Of a stretch of 23,772 bases of DNA, positions 7,582 through 15,833 are shown piece by piece (the stretch's first letter is position 1; every line of letters starts with the position of its first letter). Source of the DNA: Candidatus Woesearchaeota archaeon (GTDB taxonomy: Archaea; Nanobdellota; Nanobdellia; Woesearchaeales; UBA525). The stretch is from NCBI GenBank assembly GCA_018221165.1, contig JAAOYD010000107.1, forward strand, positions 1 to 23,772. The letters are read 5' to 3'. The translations under genes were made by a program, and so were the position numbers. Under the pieces are notes generated by a model that saw only the letters and a program-made list of their open reading frames with translations, was not told where the DNA came from and did not search any database.

Positions 7582-7628
7582 CGGCCTGTGAATACGCCAA
7601 AACAGGAACCCTCGGTGGGTGGAAAGGT

Positions 7629-9932
7629 ATGGTAGCAGGTCCTGACGTGAAACTCAAGGTCGCGGAAGCGATTCAAGACGATGTCAATAAGGGTATCGTG
7701 AGGCTCGACTCGAGCTATATGCGAGAGCTGGACATCAGGCCTGGCAATATTGTGGAAATTAAGGGTGATCGGGCCACAGTCGCTATTGCGGACCGTTCGC
7801 TTCCTGGTGATATTGGCCTGAACATCATCAGAATGGATGGCCTCATCAGGCGTAACGCGCACACAACCATTGGCGAGCAAGTCAAGGTGAAGAAGGCCGA
7901 GGTGCACGAGGCCAAGAAGGTCACCATCGCGCCTGCTCGTAGCGGCATCATGATTCGGGCGAACCCGCAGATTTTCAAGCGTGGATTGCTTGGTCGGGCA
8001 GTGCTCAAGGGCGACATCGTCGGCCTGGGCGGCACGAAGCGACGTAAGAGTGCAATGAGTGATAATCCCTTCTTCAATGATATGGACCTCTTCAGCAGTA
8101 TGCTCAACGATTCTTTCACATTTGGCCTTGGTGACCTCAAGTTTGTCGTCGTAGACGTGCAACCTGCTAAGGGCGCGGTGCTCGTGACTGAAAACACTGA
8201 CGTTGTCTTCAATCCTGAAGCGGTGGAGATGAAAGAAGAGAGCAGTGCTAGTGACGTCAGTTATGAGGATATCGGTGGCCTCGACGAAGAATTGTCGAAA
8301 GTACGCGAGATGGTCGAGTTGCCCTTGAGGCATCCTGAGATCTTCGAGCGTCTTGGTGTCGAACCACCAAAAGGTGTGTTACTCCACGGCCCGCCCGGTA
8401 CAGGCAAGACTTTGCTCGCGAAAGCTGTCGCCAACGAGACTCAATCCAACTTCATCCTTATCAATGGCCCAGAGATTATGAGTAAGTACTACGGTCAGTC
8501 TGAAGAGAACCTGCGCAAGAAGTTTGAGGAAGCGGAGAAGGACGCTCCTTCTATTATCTTTATCGATGAGATTGACGCTATCGCGAGCAAGCGAGAGGAG
8601 AGCAAGGGCGAAGTGGAGCGTCGTGTCGTTGCGCAGCTCCTTGCCATCATGGATGGCTTGAAGAGCCGCGGAAAAGTCGTTGTCATTGCAGCTACTAACA
8701 TTCCAAACCAGCTTGACCCCGCATTACGTCGACCTGGACGGTTCGACCGAGAGATTGAGATTGGTGTTCCTGGTGTGGCTGGTCGGTTGAACATTCTCAA
8801 GATTCACACGCGTAACATGCCGCTTGACAAGAGCGTTGACCTCAATAGATTGGCGGCAGTGACGCACGGTTTCGTCGGCGCTGACCTGTCAAGTTTAGCG
8901 AAGGAAGCGGCGATGATTGTCCTGCGCCGTCTCCTCCCAGACCTCAACCTCAAGGAGGATGAGGAGATTCCTAAGGAGGTCCTCGAGAAGCTCTTCATCA
9001 AGCAGAAGGACTTTGTCGACGCATTGAAGGTCGTGCGACCGTCGGCGATGCGTGAAGTCCTCGTGCAGGTGCCGGACGTCAAGTGGGACGACATTGGCGG
9101 TCTTGAGGATGTGAAGCAGGAACTCATGGAAGCGGTCGAATGGCCACTGAAACACAAAGATGCGTTCATCAGGCTTGGTGTCAAGCCGCCAAAAGGCGTG
9201 TTGTTGTATGGTCCTCCTGGTACGGGCAAGACCTTGCTCGCTAAAGCTGTGGCAAATGAGTCAGAAGCTAACTTCATCCTCGTGAAAGGCCCAGAGATGC
9301 TGAGCAAGTGGGTGGGCGAGTCAGAAAAGGCGGTACGCAAGATTTTTGAGAAGGCGCGCCAGACTAGCCCAACAATCATCTTCTTCGACGAGTTCGATTC
9401 AATCGCGCCACGCCGTGGTGGGCAAGGCAACGGGACCGACAGCAATGTCACTGAGCGGGTAGTGAACCAGTTGCTCACTGAGATGGATGGTTTGCAGGAG
9501 TTGCAGGACATCGTCATCATCGCCGCGACGAATCGGCCAGACATCATCGATACCGCATTGTTGCGACCTGGTAGGTTTGATAGGATTATCCTCGCGCCTG
9601 TCCCTGACAGGAAGACGCGAAAGAAGATTTTCGAATTGCACACCAAGGGTATGAAGCTTGGTAAGGATGTTGAGATAGGCGTGCTTACCGAACGCACGGA
9701 TGGCTATGTCGGCGCTGACATTGAAGCGGTGTGTCGAGAAGCAGCGATTATGGCGTTGCGCAAGGATATCAAGGCCAAAGAGGTCACGATGGAGTTCTTC
9801 GACCAGGCTCTGAACAAGGTACAGCCTTCGACAACGAAGGAGATCGAGGACGCCTACAAGGAGCTCGAGGGCCACTTCCGCAGCGCTCAGGGCGCTCGTA
9901 TGAAAGACGAGAAACCGAGCTATTACGGGTAG
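7629..9932 (+). CDS. cdc48: AAA+ ATPase Cdc48/VCP/p97 homologue (VAT-like)
   Basis: 767 aa. N-domain [19 protein letters not shown]...GNIVEIKG. Two AAA modules, each with [17 protein letters not shown] Walker A and IIFIDEID / IIFFDEFD Walker B. The C-terminus ends in YYG, matching a proteasome-docking HbYX-type tail. Confidence 0.95.
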   Translation: MVAGPDVKLKVAEAIQDDVNKGIVRLDSSYMRELDIRPGNIVEIKGDRATVAIADRSLPGDIGLNIIRMDGLIRRNAHTTIGEQVKVKKAEVHEAKKVTIAPARSGIMIRANPQIFKRGLLGRAVLKGDIVGLGGTKRRKSAMSDNPFFNDMDLFSSMLNDSFTFGLGDLKFVVVDVQPAKGAVLVTENTDVVFNPEAVEMKEESSASDVSYEDIGGLDEELSKVREMVELPLRHPEIFERLGVEPPKGVLLHGPPGTGKTLLAKAVANETQSNFILINGPEIMSKYYGQSEENLRKKFEEAEKDAPSIIFIDEIDAIASKREESKGEVERRVVAQLLAIMDGLKSRGKVVVIAATNIPNQLDPALRRPGRFDREIEIGVPGVAGRLNILKIHTRNMPLDKSVDLNRLAAVTHGFVGADLSSLAKEAAMIVLRRLLPDLNLKEDEEIPKEVLEKLFIKQKDFVDALKVVRPSAMREVLVQVPDVKWDDIGGLEDVKQELMEAVEWPLKHKDAFIRLGVKPPKGVLLYGPPGTGKTLLAKAVANESEANFILVKGPEMLSKWVGESEKAVRKIFEKARQTSPTIIFFDEFDSIAPRRGGQGNGTDSNVTERVVNQLLTEMDGLQELQDIVIIAATNRPDIIDTALLRPGRFDRIILAPVPDRKTRKKIFELHTKGMKLGKDVEIGVLTERTDGYVGADIEAVCREAAIMALRKDIKAKEVTMEFFDQALNKVQPSTTKEIEDAYKELEGHFRSAQGARMKDEKPSYYG

Positions 9933-9943
9933 TTATCTGAAAA

Positions 9944-9948
9944 TTTTT
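9944..9948 (+). terminator. Oligo-T tract after the cdc48 stop
   Basis: TTTTT lies 12 nt after TAG (9930-9932). Archaeal termination uses oligo-T. Confidence 0.35.
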
Positions 9949-10044
9949 CTTCATTATTTAAAGGTAACAAATCAGAAGATATAAAAAGCGCCCCGCGTTC
10001 TTATAAGGCAAGAAGAGGGGGGAGCACCGTAGGGGTGAAACACT

Positions 10045-11058
10045 ATGAAAAAGATCCTGATGATTATTGCTGCGCTCGCAGCGATTATGACACTGAGTCT
10101 CGCCGCAGTCGCGTTCGAGAATCATGTCCGCTGGAACAACCAGCTAAACGAATGCGTCTATTTCTTTGAGGACGATGGTACCAGCGTGAGCTGCTACGTG
10201 CCTGAAGAATACTGCGAAGGCAAGACCAGCAAGGACCTCAACAAGGATGCCGATACGAGCACGTGCTACTACATCCCTCGGAGCCAGCAGGACGACATGG
10301 TGAGCGGTGTATGCGAGGAGTTCGTCGAAGGCGACCTTATCGTACTCCAGTATGACGGCCAGGATCCCGATCTCGATGAACTCACTTACACTTTCGGTGC
10401 ACCCTTCGACACGAACCAGCGCTGGCAAACCGTTCGCGGCGATGCGGGCACCTATGATGTTAAGGTTACTGTTACAGATGGTCAATTCAGCGACCAAGCG
10501 AGCGTGTGCTTTACCATCCTAGAAGCAAACCATCCTCCTGTCTTGAGTGTGTCAAGTATCACAGTCAAGGAAGGCCAAATCGTGAAGCTCAAGCCGACCT
10601 GCTCTGACGAAGACGGCGACGCTGTCAAGATAGAGTACAACGGTTGGATGACCAAGAGCTCCAAAGAGCTCTCGTTCGAAGACGCGGGCGTGTACAGCGT
10701 GACTGTGAAATGCACAGACACTGATGGCGAGTTCGACAGCAAGACCATTCAGGTCACTGTTGAAGATGTCGACCGAGATCCGCTTGTGAGCGGAGCACGC
10801 GATGTCACTGTCAGCGAGACAGAGACTGTGAAGCTTACGTCGACATGCACCGACCCTGATGGCACGGAAACATCCATGACCTACAGCGGCGACATGACGT
10901 CCGCCTCTTGGAAGACCGGCTACGAAGACTCAGGTGTGTACAGCGTGACCATCACGTGCGAGGATGGCACTGGCCGAACAACGAGCCAGACCGTCAGCGT
11001 CACCGTCGAGGAGCGCAACAGGCCGCCCACCATCACCGCGATGGTTGTGCGAGGCTGA
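10045..11058 (+). CDS. Secreted protein with Cys-rich N-terminal region and three tandem Ig-like (cadherin/He_PIG/PKD-type) domains
   Basis: 337 aa. Signal/anchor MKKILMIIAALAAIMTLSLAAVA. There are three ~80-aa repeats (about 10294-10539, 10540-10782, 10783-11030). Each has C.D.DGD/..TY...., a (D/E)(A/S)G(T/V)Y.V.V.(C/V)TD core, and an N/D-x-P(P) boundary. The repeat is visible in the DNA as GGYGTGTACAGCGTGAC at ~10686 and ~10933. SD AGGGGTGA lies 8 nt before the ATG. Confidence 0.7.
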   Translation: MKKILMIIAALAAIMTLSLAAVAFENHVRWNNQLNECVYFFEDDGTSVSCYVPEEYCEGKTSKDLNKDADTSTCYYIPRSQQDDMVSGVCEEFVEGDLIVLQYDGQDPDLDELTYTFGAPFDTNQRWQTVRGDAGTYDVKVTVTDGQFSDQASVCFTILEANHPPVLSVSSITVKEGQIVKLKPTCSDEDGDAVKIEYNGWMTKSSKELSFEDAGVYSVTVKCTDTDGEFDSKTIQVTVEDVDRDPLVSGARDVTVSETETVKLTSTCTDPDGTETSMTYSGDMTSASWKTGYEDSGVYSVTITCEDGTGRTTSQTVSVTVEERNRPPTITAMVVRG

Positions 11059-11072
11059 TTCCGCTCCAAACC

Positions 11073-11080
11073 TTTTTAAT
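11073..11080 (+). promoter_or_regulatory. TATA-like box (TTTTTAAT) for the 11104 gene; leaderless geometry
   Basis: 24-31 nt upstream of ATG 11104. Confidence 0.4.
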
Positions 11081-11103
11081 CCCTTTTTCTTTCTCTTTTC
11101 TCT

Positions 11104-11454
11104 ATGGAGCCTATTGTCAAGCTTATTGTTGGAGTCCCGAAGGAGAACGAGAAAGAACTCCGTCTTGCATTAGGGAAAGCAGGAGCTGGAAAAATAGGAA
11201 ACTATGATTATTGTTCTTTTGTGACTCCTGGCGTCGGGCACTTCCGTCCGCTCAAGGGAACAAAGCCGCATATCGGTGAAGAAGGGAAAATAGAAGATGT
11301 CGAAGAGGTTCAAATCCAGACGGTGTGCTACGAGAAAGACATACCAAAAATCCTCACTGCGATGCGCAAAGCTCATCCTTACGAGGAAATCGCCTATGAC
11401 CTCATTCCACTCTTGAATCACCGATACGACAAACATGTTGGGAAGAAGCAATGA
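11104..11454 (+). CDS. Stand-alone PII-like NIF3-insert domain protein (COG3323-like)
   Basis: 116 aa. The sequence [70 protein letters not shown]...[14 protein letters not shown] closely follows the inserted domain of NIF3/YqfO proteins as I remember it (GAG.IGNY..CSF...G.G.FRP..G..P.IG......VEE..IE......HPYEE.AYD..PL). Confidence 0.6.
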   Translation: MEPIVKLIVGVPKENEKELRLALGKAGAGKIGNYDYCSFVTPGVGHFRPLKGTKPHIGEEGKIEDVEEVQIQTVCYEKDIPKILTAMRKAHPYEEIAYDLIPLLNHRYDKHVGKKQ

Positions 11455-12008
11455 AAATACTCTTCATCACCGGGAACGAGCACAAGCTCAAGGAAGCCAA
11501 GGATATCCTCAGCGAGCACGATGTAGAAGGCAACTCTCTTGACCTCCCAGAAATTCAGAGCCTCGACCCGAAAGAGATTATCACTGAAAAGCTTGCGGCG
11601 GCGGCCGCGTTCATGATGGGTGAACGAGTGGCGCTTATGGTTGAAGATACAAGCTTCTGGATTGGTGACACTGGCTTTCCAGGCCCATTGTTTAAGTTCT
11701 TGCACACAACGCTCGGTTCCAAGGGCGTCGTGCGTTTTGCGGAGGCGTTTCAAGCAGACACGGCCAAGGCTGAGTGCCATATTGGACTGCTGTTACCTAA
11801 CAGGAAGCCGCCAACGTTCTTTGTCGGAACAATCAAGGGAAACATCACCACTGAACGTGGAAAGAGCTCTTTCGGCTTCGACCCCATCTTTATTCCTGAA
11901 GGACACGATAAGACCTTTGCGGAGATGAGTGCTAAAGAGAAGAATAGCATTAGCCACCGACGGAAAGCGCTTGAGCATGTCGCAGACTGGTTGAAAGAGA
12001 ATCTTTAA
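11451..12008 (+). CDS. rdgB: Non-canonical purine NTP pyrophosphatase (ITPase, HAM1/RdgB family)
   Basis: 185 aa. N-terminal [25 protein letters not shown]-terminal [11 protein letters not shown]. The start overlaps the upstream stop (ATGA at 11451-11454). Confidence 0.85.
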   Translation: MKILFITGNEHKLKEAKDILSEHDVEGNSLDLPEIQSLDPKEIITEKLAAAAAFMMGERVALMVEDTSFWIGDTGFPGPLFKFLHTTLGSKGVVRFAEAFQADTAKAECHIGLLLPNRKPPTFFVGTIKGNITTERGKSSFGFDPIFIPEGHDKTFAEMSAKEKNSISHRRKALEHVADWLKENL

Positions 12009-12050
12009 ATAGCATATCGCCATGTTTTCGCAACACAGGGGGACATTCTA

Positions 12051-12446
12051 ATGAATATCAAGAAACGAGCTAAGAGAACGAAGAAACAGGTGGTGAAGCT
12101 TATGGGAAACAAGAAAATTATGAAAGGTGCAGCCATTAGTGCTGCCATCGCGGCGGCTGCAGCGGCGAGCGTCGCGGGCTATAAGTATGCTAAGAAGAAA
12201 GGCCTCGACAAGAAGGCAAAGGTTGCTGTGAAGAAGGAACTCGCCAAGCTCAAGGCACGGGTGAAACGCGAGACTGCGAAGGCGGAGAAGGCGTTCAAGA
12301 CAGCGATGCAACGCGAGCACAAGAAGGCCGCGAAGCCGACGAAGCGAAAGACTGTCAAACGTAAGACTGCGAAGAGGAAGGTTGCGAAGCGTAAGACCAC
12401 TAAGCGTAAGGTCGCCAAGCGCAAGCCCGCCCGACGCAAGAAGTAA
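12051..12446 (+). CDS. Highly basic Lys/Ala-rich protein with a C-terminal pentapeptide (x-K-R-K-x) repeat tail; histone-H1-like composition
   Basis: 131 aa. AGGGGGA SD lies 7-13 nt upstream. There is an Ala-rich hydrophobic patch (AAISAAIAAAAAASVAG). The tail is TKRKT VKRKT AKRKV AKRKT TKRKV AKRKP ARRKK. Confidence 0.6.
   Translation: MNIKKRAKRTKKQVVKLMGNKKIMKGAAISAAIAAAAAASVAGYKYAKKKGLDKKAKVAVKKELAKLKARVKRETAKAEKAFKTAMQREHKKAAKPTKRKTVKRKTAKRKVAKRKTTKRKVAKRKPARRKK
12339..12443 (+). repeat. Seven tandem 15-nt (pentapeptide xKRKx) coding repeats
   Basis: Read directly from codons 12339-12443, which end at the stop codon at 12444-12446. Confidence 0.8.
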
Positions 12447-12450
12447 AATC

Positions 12451-12457
12451 TTTTAAA
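12451..12457 (+). promoter_or_regulatory. TATA-like box (cTTTTAAAc) for gatD; leaderless geometry
   Basis: 25-31 nt upstream of ATG 12482. Confidence 0.4.
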
Positions 12458-12481
12458 CCCCTTATCCTTTTTCTCCTCTAT

Positions 12482-13774
12482 ATGAAACCAGCTCTGGGCC
12501 AGCACATCAGCTTCGCCTATAAAGGTAAGGCGCTCGAAGGTGTCATTCTCAACAAAGAGAAAGGCAAGCTTGTCGTCAAGCTCGATAGTGGCTACAACAT
12601 CAGCGTTGCTCCTGATGAAATGAAGAACATCAAGGAACTCAAGGTGGAAGCGAAGATGAAAGTACCGCGCTTGCCGAAGAAGCCGAAAGATGGCTTGCCG
12701 AAAGTCGCGCTTCTTCATACTGGCGGCACAATCGCGAGCAGAGTGGATTACGAGACTGGTGCGGTCATCGCCCAATACACTGCTGAGGAAGTGCTTGGCC
12801 TCTATCCTGAACTACTGGACATTGCAGATATTAAGAGCGAACTCGTGAGCAACATGCAAAGCGAGATGATGCGCTTCGCGCATTGGAACATGCTCGCGAA
12901 AGCCGTCGAGCAGGCGGTGAAGGACGGTGCCAAAGGTGTTATCGTCACGCATGGCACTGACATCCTCCACATGACTGCTGCAGCATTAAGTTTCGCGCTC
13001 AAGGACATCACAGTTCCTGTTCTCGTCGTTGGCAGTCAACGCAGCAGCGACCGTCCGAGTAGCGATGCAGTCACCAATCTGCTCTGCGCCACTACGTTCA
13101 TCGCGAAAGAGAAATTCACAGGCGTTGCCCTCTGCATGCATGAAGGCATTGAGAAAGATGATTGTGTCATCCTGCCGGCGTGTCGCTCCAGAAAGATGCA
13201 CACGTCGCGTCGCGACGCGTTCAAGCCAATCAATGATACTCCTTATGCTTGCATTACCTATCCAAAGCTCAAAGTGGAACGCCTGCGTAACTATCCCAAA
13301 GTCCCGGATAGCAAACTTGAAGTCAAGCTGTTCAACGAGAAGCTCAAGATTGGTCTGCTGCATATTCATCCGCAGATGTACGCGGAAGAATTCCTTGCGT
13401 ATGCGAAGTTCGACGGGCTTGTTTTGGAGCTCTTGGGCATCGGCCATGTGCCAACCATGGCGACTGATGCGCACAATAAAGAGCACACGAAAATTCTTGA
13501 TGCGATTACATCGCTTGCGAAAAAGCTGCCTATCGTCGCGTCTCCACAGACAATCTATGGTCGTGTCAACATGAATGTGTACTCGCCCGGAAGACAGCTT
13601 CTTGAGGCTGGCGTCTTAGGACAAGGGCTTGATCTCACGCCCGAGACAGCATTTGTCAAGCTCGCCTGGCTGCTCAGCAACCATGATAAGAAAGAAGTGC
13701 GGCAGCTGTATAGCGAGAATTTGCGCGGCGAGCTTGTGGCTCGCAGCGATGAAGAAGGATTTTCCTCCGAATGA
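12482..13774 (+). CDS. gatD: Glutamyl-tRNA(Gln) amidotransferase subunit D
   Basis: 430 aa. It has the GatD-specific N-terminal domain followed by an asparaginase-type body, with LLHTGGTIAS and VTHGTDILHMTAAAL motifs. Confidence 0.95.
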   Translation: MKPALGQHISFAYKGKALEGVILNKEKGKLVVKLDSGYNISVAPDEMKNIKELKVEAKMKVPRLPKKPKDGLPKVALLHTGGTIASRVDYETGAVIAQYTAEEVLGLYPELLDIADIKSELVSNMQSEMMRFAHWNMLAKAVEQAVKDGAKGVIVTHGTDILHMTAAALSFALKDITVPVLVVGSQRSSDRPSSDAVTNLLCATTFIAKEKFTGVALCMHEGIEKDDCVILPACRSRKMHTSRRDAFKPINDTPYACITYPKLKVERLRNYPKVPDSKLEVKLFNEKLKIGLLHIHPQMYAEEFLAYAKFDGLVLELLGIGHVPTMATDAHNKEHTKILDAITSLAKKLPIVASPQTIYGRVNMNVYSPGRQLLEAGVLGQGLDLTPETAFVKLAWLLSNHDKKEVRQLYSENLRGELVARSDEEGFSSE

Positions 13775-13816
13775 GGGAAATCCTCCGAACGAAGTGAGAA
13801 AGGATATGAATAAGGT

Positions 13817-14260
13817 TTATTTCTTCTTAGCAGTCTTTTTCTTAGCCGGAGCCTTCTGCTCAGCAGTAACCTTTGGCATAGGGATAGGTGACGGCAGTCC
13901 GATGTCGCGCGCCATAATTAAGGCTTGCACGTTTGCACGCTCGAGAATGTGGTTGAGAATTGGCGGCATGAGTTCCTTGGGCAGGTGCTTCTCTTTCTTC
14001 CAGGACTCCAAAATCTTTTCGGCCGCTTTGGTATCTTCGAGCAAGATGACGTCGCCTTCGAATGCGATGTTCCCGATTTCCGGATCGTAGATTGTCTGGA
14101 AGCCAAAATGGACACGCACGCCCTTCTTACCAGTCGCCATGTTCAGGTTGGCGTCCTTAACGTCTTTGATGACGACGTTGTTGTTAATCTTGACGTTGCC
14201 GCGCGCAGCTGCTTTCTTCTCGGCGCTGATGCTTGTGAAACTGAAACCGACGATAGCCAT
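13817..14260 (-). CDS. Conserved-looking hypothetical protein with Lys-rich C-terminal tail (possible SecB-like fold; very tentative)
   Basis: 147 aa. Strong SD AGGTGAT (14266-14272) with a 5-nt spacer, and TATA CTTTATATA (14306-14314). The order of beta-rich N-half then helix ...PPILNHILERANVQALIMARDIGLPSPIPMP is vaguely like SecB's ...PNILFPYARE...G.P.L.L.P. Confidence 0.55.
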   Translation of the reverse strand: MAIVGFSFTSISAEKKAAARGNVKINNNVVIKDVKDANLNMATGKKGVRVHFGFQTIYDPEIGNIAFEGDVILLEDTKAAEKILESWKKEKHLPKELMPPILNHILERANVQALIMARDIGLPSPIPMPKVTAEQKAPAKKKTAKKK

Positions 14261-14305
14261 TGAATATCACCTGTACTTGTAGTGGAGGCTCAGAATCGAG
14301 AGGCG

Positions 14306-14314
14306 TATATAAAG
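14306..14314 (-). promoter_or_regulatory. TATA box (minus strand CTTTATATA) for the 14260 gene
   Basis: Immediately follows the PLD stop codon (14316-14318) and lies ~50 nt upstream of ATG 14260, with an SD in between. Confidence 0.45.
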
Positions 14315-14315
14315 G

Positions 14316-15245
14316 TTATGGGTTTGTGAGGAGCCAGAGACGGTCGAATTCTGCCCGGAAACGGGCTGTTAAGGCTTGATTATGGATAATCAGCACATTC
14401 TCGTCATTCCTCGTGTTACCGTTCTTTGTGGGGTTGTAGCTGCCCATGATGACAGTCTTGCCATCGATAATGAATACTTTGTGATGCATGGTTTGTGGAT
14501 TTGAATCAAAGCGCACATCAAGTCCTGCGGCAAGGAGCCTTTGGTATTCAGAGTATGCGTTTTGTTGCCGTTTCTCAAATACTCCCTGTACAAGAATCCC
14601 GTCCTTGGCTTTCTCAATGAGTAGTTTTCCGATGGGGTCGCTGGTGAAGCTGAAGGTCATGAAGTGGATAGTAGTAATGGCCTTCCCTAATTCCTCTAAA
14701 ACCTGTTTTTCACAGTCATCTTCGGGACAGAAATAGTTCTCGATGAGAAATCCTTCACCATCCTCATGTATTTTATGTTTTATTTTTTTATTTCTTGTTT
14801 GTTGTTCTTTCTTCCCCTTTAACTCCTCAAACTCGTCAAGATAATTCTGCGCAATAACTTCCCCTTCAATAATTAAGATGCCATTGTCGTTCTTGAACAA
14901 TCCGTTCGCGGTCGGATTCGTACTTCCAGTAATTACTATTCTCTCGTCGAGGATGCAAAACTTGTCATGCATCAGTCCGCCGTGCGATGCTTTGACACTG
15001 ATGCCAAAACCATCATAGTTCTCTTTGAAAACCAACACCTCTACGTTTTTGTGTTTGAGAAGTTGCTCGAGTGGATCATAATCGAGGTCGTAGAACGCAC
15101 ACTTGATTTCTTCAGAATTGTTAATCGCGGTGAGCAGTCCTTGTTTGCAGTCATCAACTTGACAAAAGAGCAAGGTTATCTCACCTGTTTGTGTTGGAAT
15201 GGCGCAACAGGACAGGAAGAGTAAGGTGAGTAGCAGGATTCTCAT
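14316..15245 (-). CDS. Secreted/lipid-anchored phospholipase D superfamily protein with two HKD motifs (phospholipase or Nuc-like nuclease)
   Basis: 309 aa. Signal peptide MRILLLTLLFLSCC with a lipobox-like LSC. HKD-1 is HDKFCILDERIVITGSTNPTANG and HKD-2 is HHKVFIIDGKTVIMGSYNPTKNG. Confidence 0.8.
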   Translation of the reverse strand: MRILLLTLLFLSCCAIPTQTGEITLLFCQVDDCKQGLLTAINNSEEIKCAFYDLDYDPLEQLLKHKNVEVLVFKENYDGFGISVKASHGGLMHDKFCILDERIVITGSTNPTANGLFKNDNGILIIEGEVIAQNYLDEFEELKGKKEQQTRNKKIKHKIHEDGEGFLIENYFCPEDDCEKQVLEELGKAITTIHFMTFSFTSDPIGKLLIEKAKDGILVQGVFEKRQQNAYSEYQRLLAAGLDVRFDSNPQTMHHKVFIIDGKTVIMGSYNPTKNGNTRNDENVLIIHNQALTARFRAEFDRLWLLTNP

Positions 15246-15284
15246 GAAGATTGAGGTGAAAGGCGAGCTTCATAAGCCCTTACG

Positions 15285-15800
15285 TCATTTTTCCGTTTGT
15301 TCTTTGAGCCAGGCGAAGCTTTTCCGCAACGCCGATTTAGTCTGTGGCTGTCCTTCTTGCAAAGTCTCAAGCATCTCTCGCACATCATCCTGAGGGGTGA
15401 GTGTTTTTCCAGCAATTTTGTGCCGTTTTGCGAACTCCAGAATCATAGCTTCAGGAACAGTAGTGAGTAAGGGAACGAATTTGTTCTCTTCATCCTTGTC
15501 TTCCAAGAAATTCCTCAATTCCCTGACCAGTTCGTTTTCAAGAGAAGAAGGCAGAAAGACATTCTTCCGTTTCTTGGTGTTTGCTGGTACGAGGCTTATC
15601 TTAATTCTGCCTTGGAAGATATTCTTTAGGAGACTCTTGAGGACCTTGACCTCCACCGTCTTGGTATCAATCAAAAAAAGCTCGTCATAATCGACCCGTT
15701 GAGCTCGAATCTCCTTGCGGAGCCGTTTTTCGATGCCGCCGACAGCCATACATCCAGGTCCGAGCACTGATTTTAATGCTTGCCGCTTAAAAGTATTCAT
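15285..15800 (-). CDS. Hypothetical protein; C-terminal half resembles a PP-loop ATPase (TilS/NcsA-type) but lacks the SGGxDS loop
   Basis: I prefer the start MNTFKRQ at 15800 (TATA 15826-15833, ~29 nt upstream). The track's 227-aa version adds a 56-aa Arg/Pro-rich extension across a GC-rich spacer. KFVPLLTTVPEAMILEFAKRHKIAG...DDVREMLETLQEGQPQTKSALRKSF resembles RPLL.V.E.EI..YA...gI...L..LE...P....S.... Confidence 0.45.
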   Translation of the reverse strand: MNTFKRQALKSVLGPGCMAVGGIEKRLRKEIRAQRVDYDELFLIDTKTVEVKVLKSLLKNIFQGRIKISLVPANTKKRKNVFLPSSLENELVRELRNFLEDKDEENKFVPLLTTVPEAMILEFAKRHKIAGKTLTPQDDVREMLETLQEGQPQTKSALRKSFAWLKEQTEK

Positions 15801-15825
15801 TTTAAAATGGTGACAATACACAAAG

Positions 15826-15833
15826 TATAAAAA
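15826..15833. promoter_or_regulatory. TATA box (TATAAAAA / TTTTTATA), orientation ambiguous
   Basis: On the minus strand it is 29 nt from ATG 15800. On the plus strand it has a purine-rich BRE-like ACAAAG upstream and faces a 160-nt GC-rich spacer ending in T7. Confidence 0.4.

Noticed and set aside
7536-9875. Long minus-strand ORFs opposite cdc48 (7536..8333, 7715..8212, 8804..9697, 9399..9875).
   Set aside because: They are shadows of the unambiguous Cdc48 frame, with Ser/Arg-rich nonsense composition.
12179-12775. 198-aa minus-strand ORF spanning the Lys-rich gene and the gatD start.
   Set aside because: It crosses an intergenic promoter and two plus-strand genes. Its Phe/Leu/Arg-rich sequence is the antisense of Lys codons.
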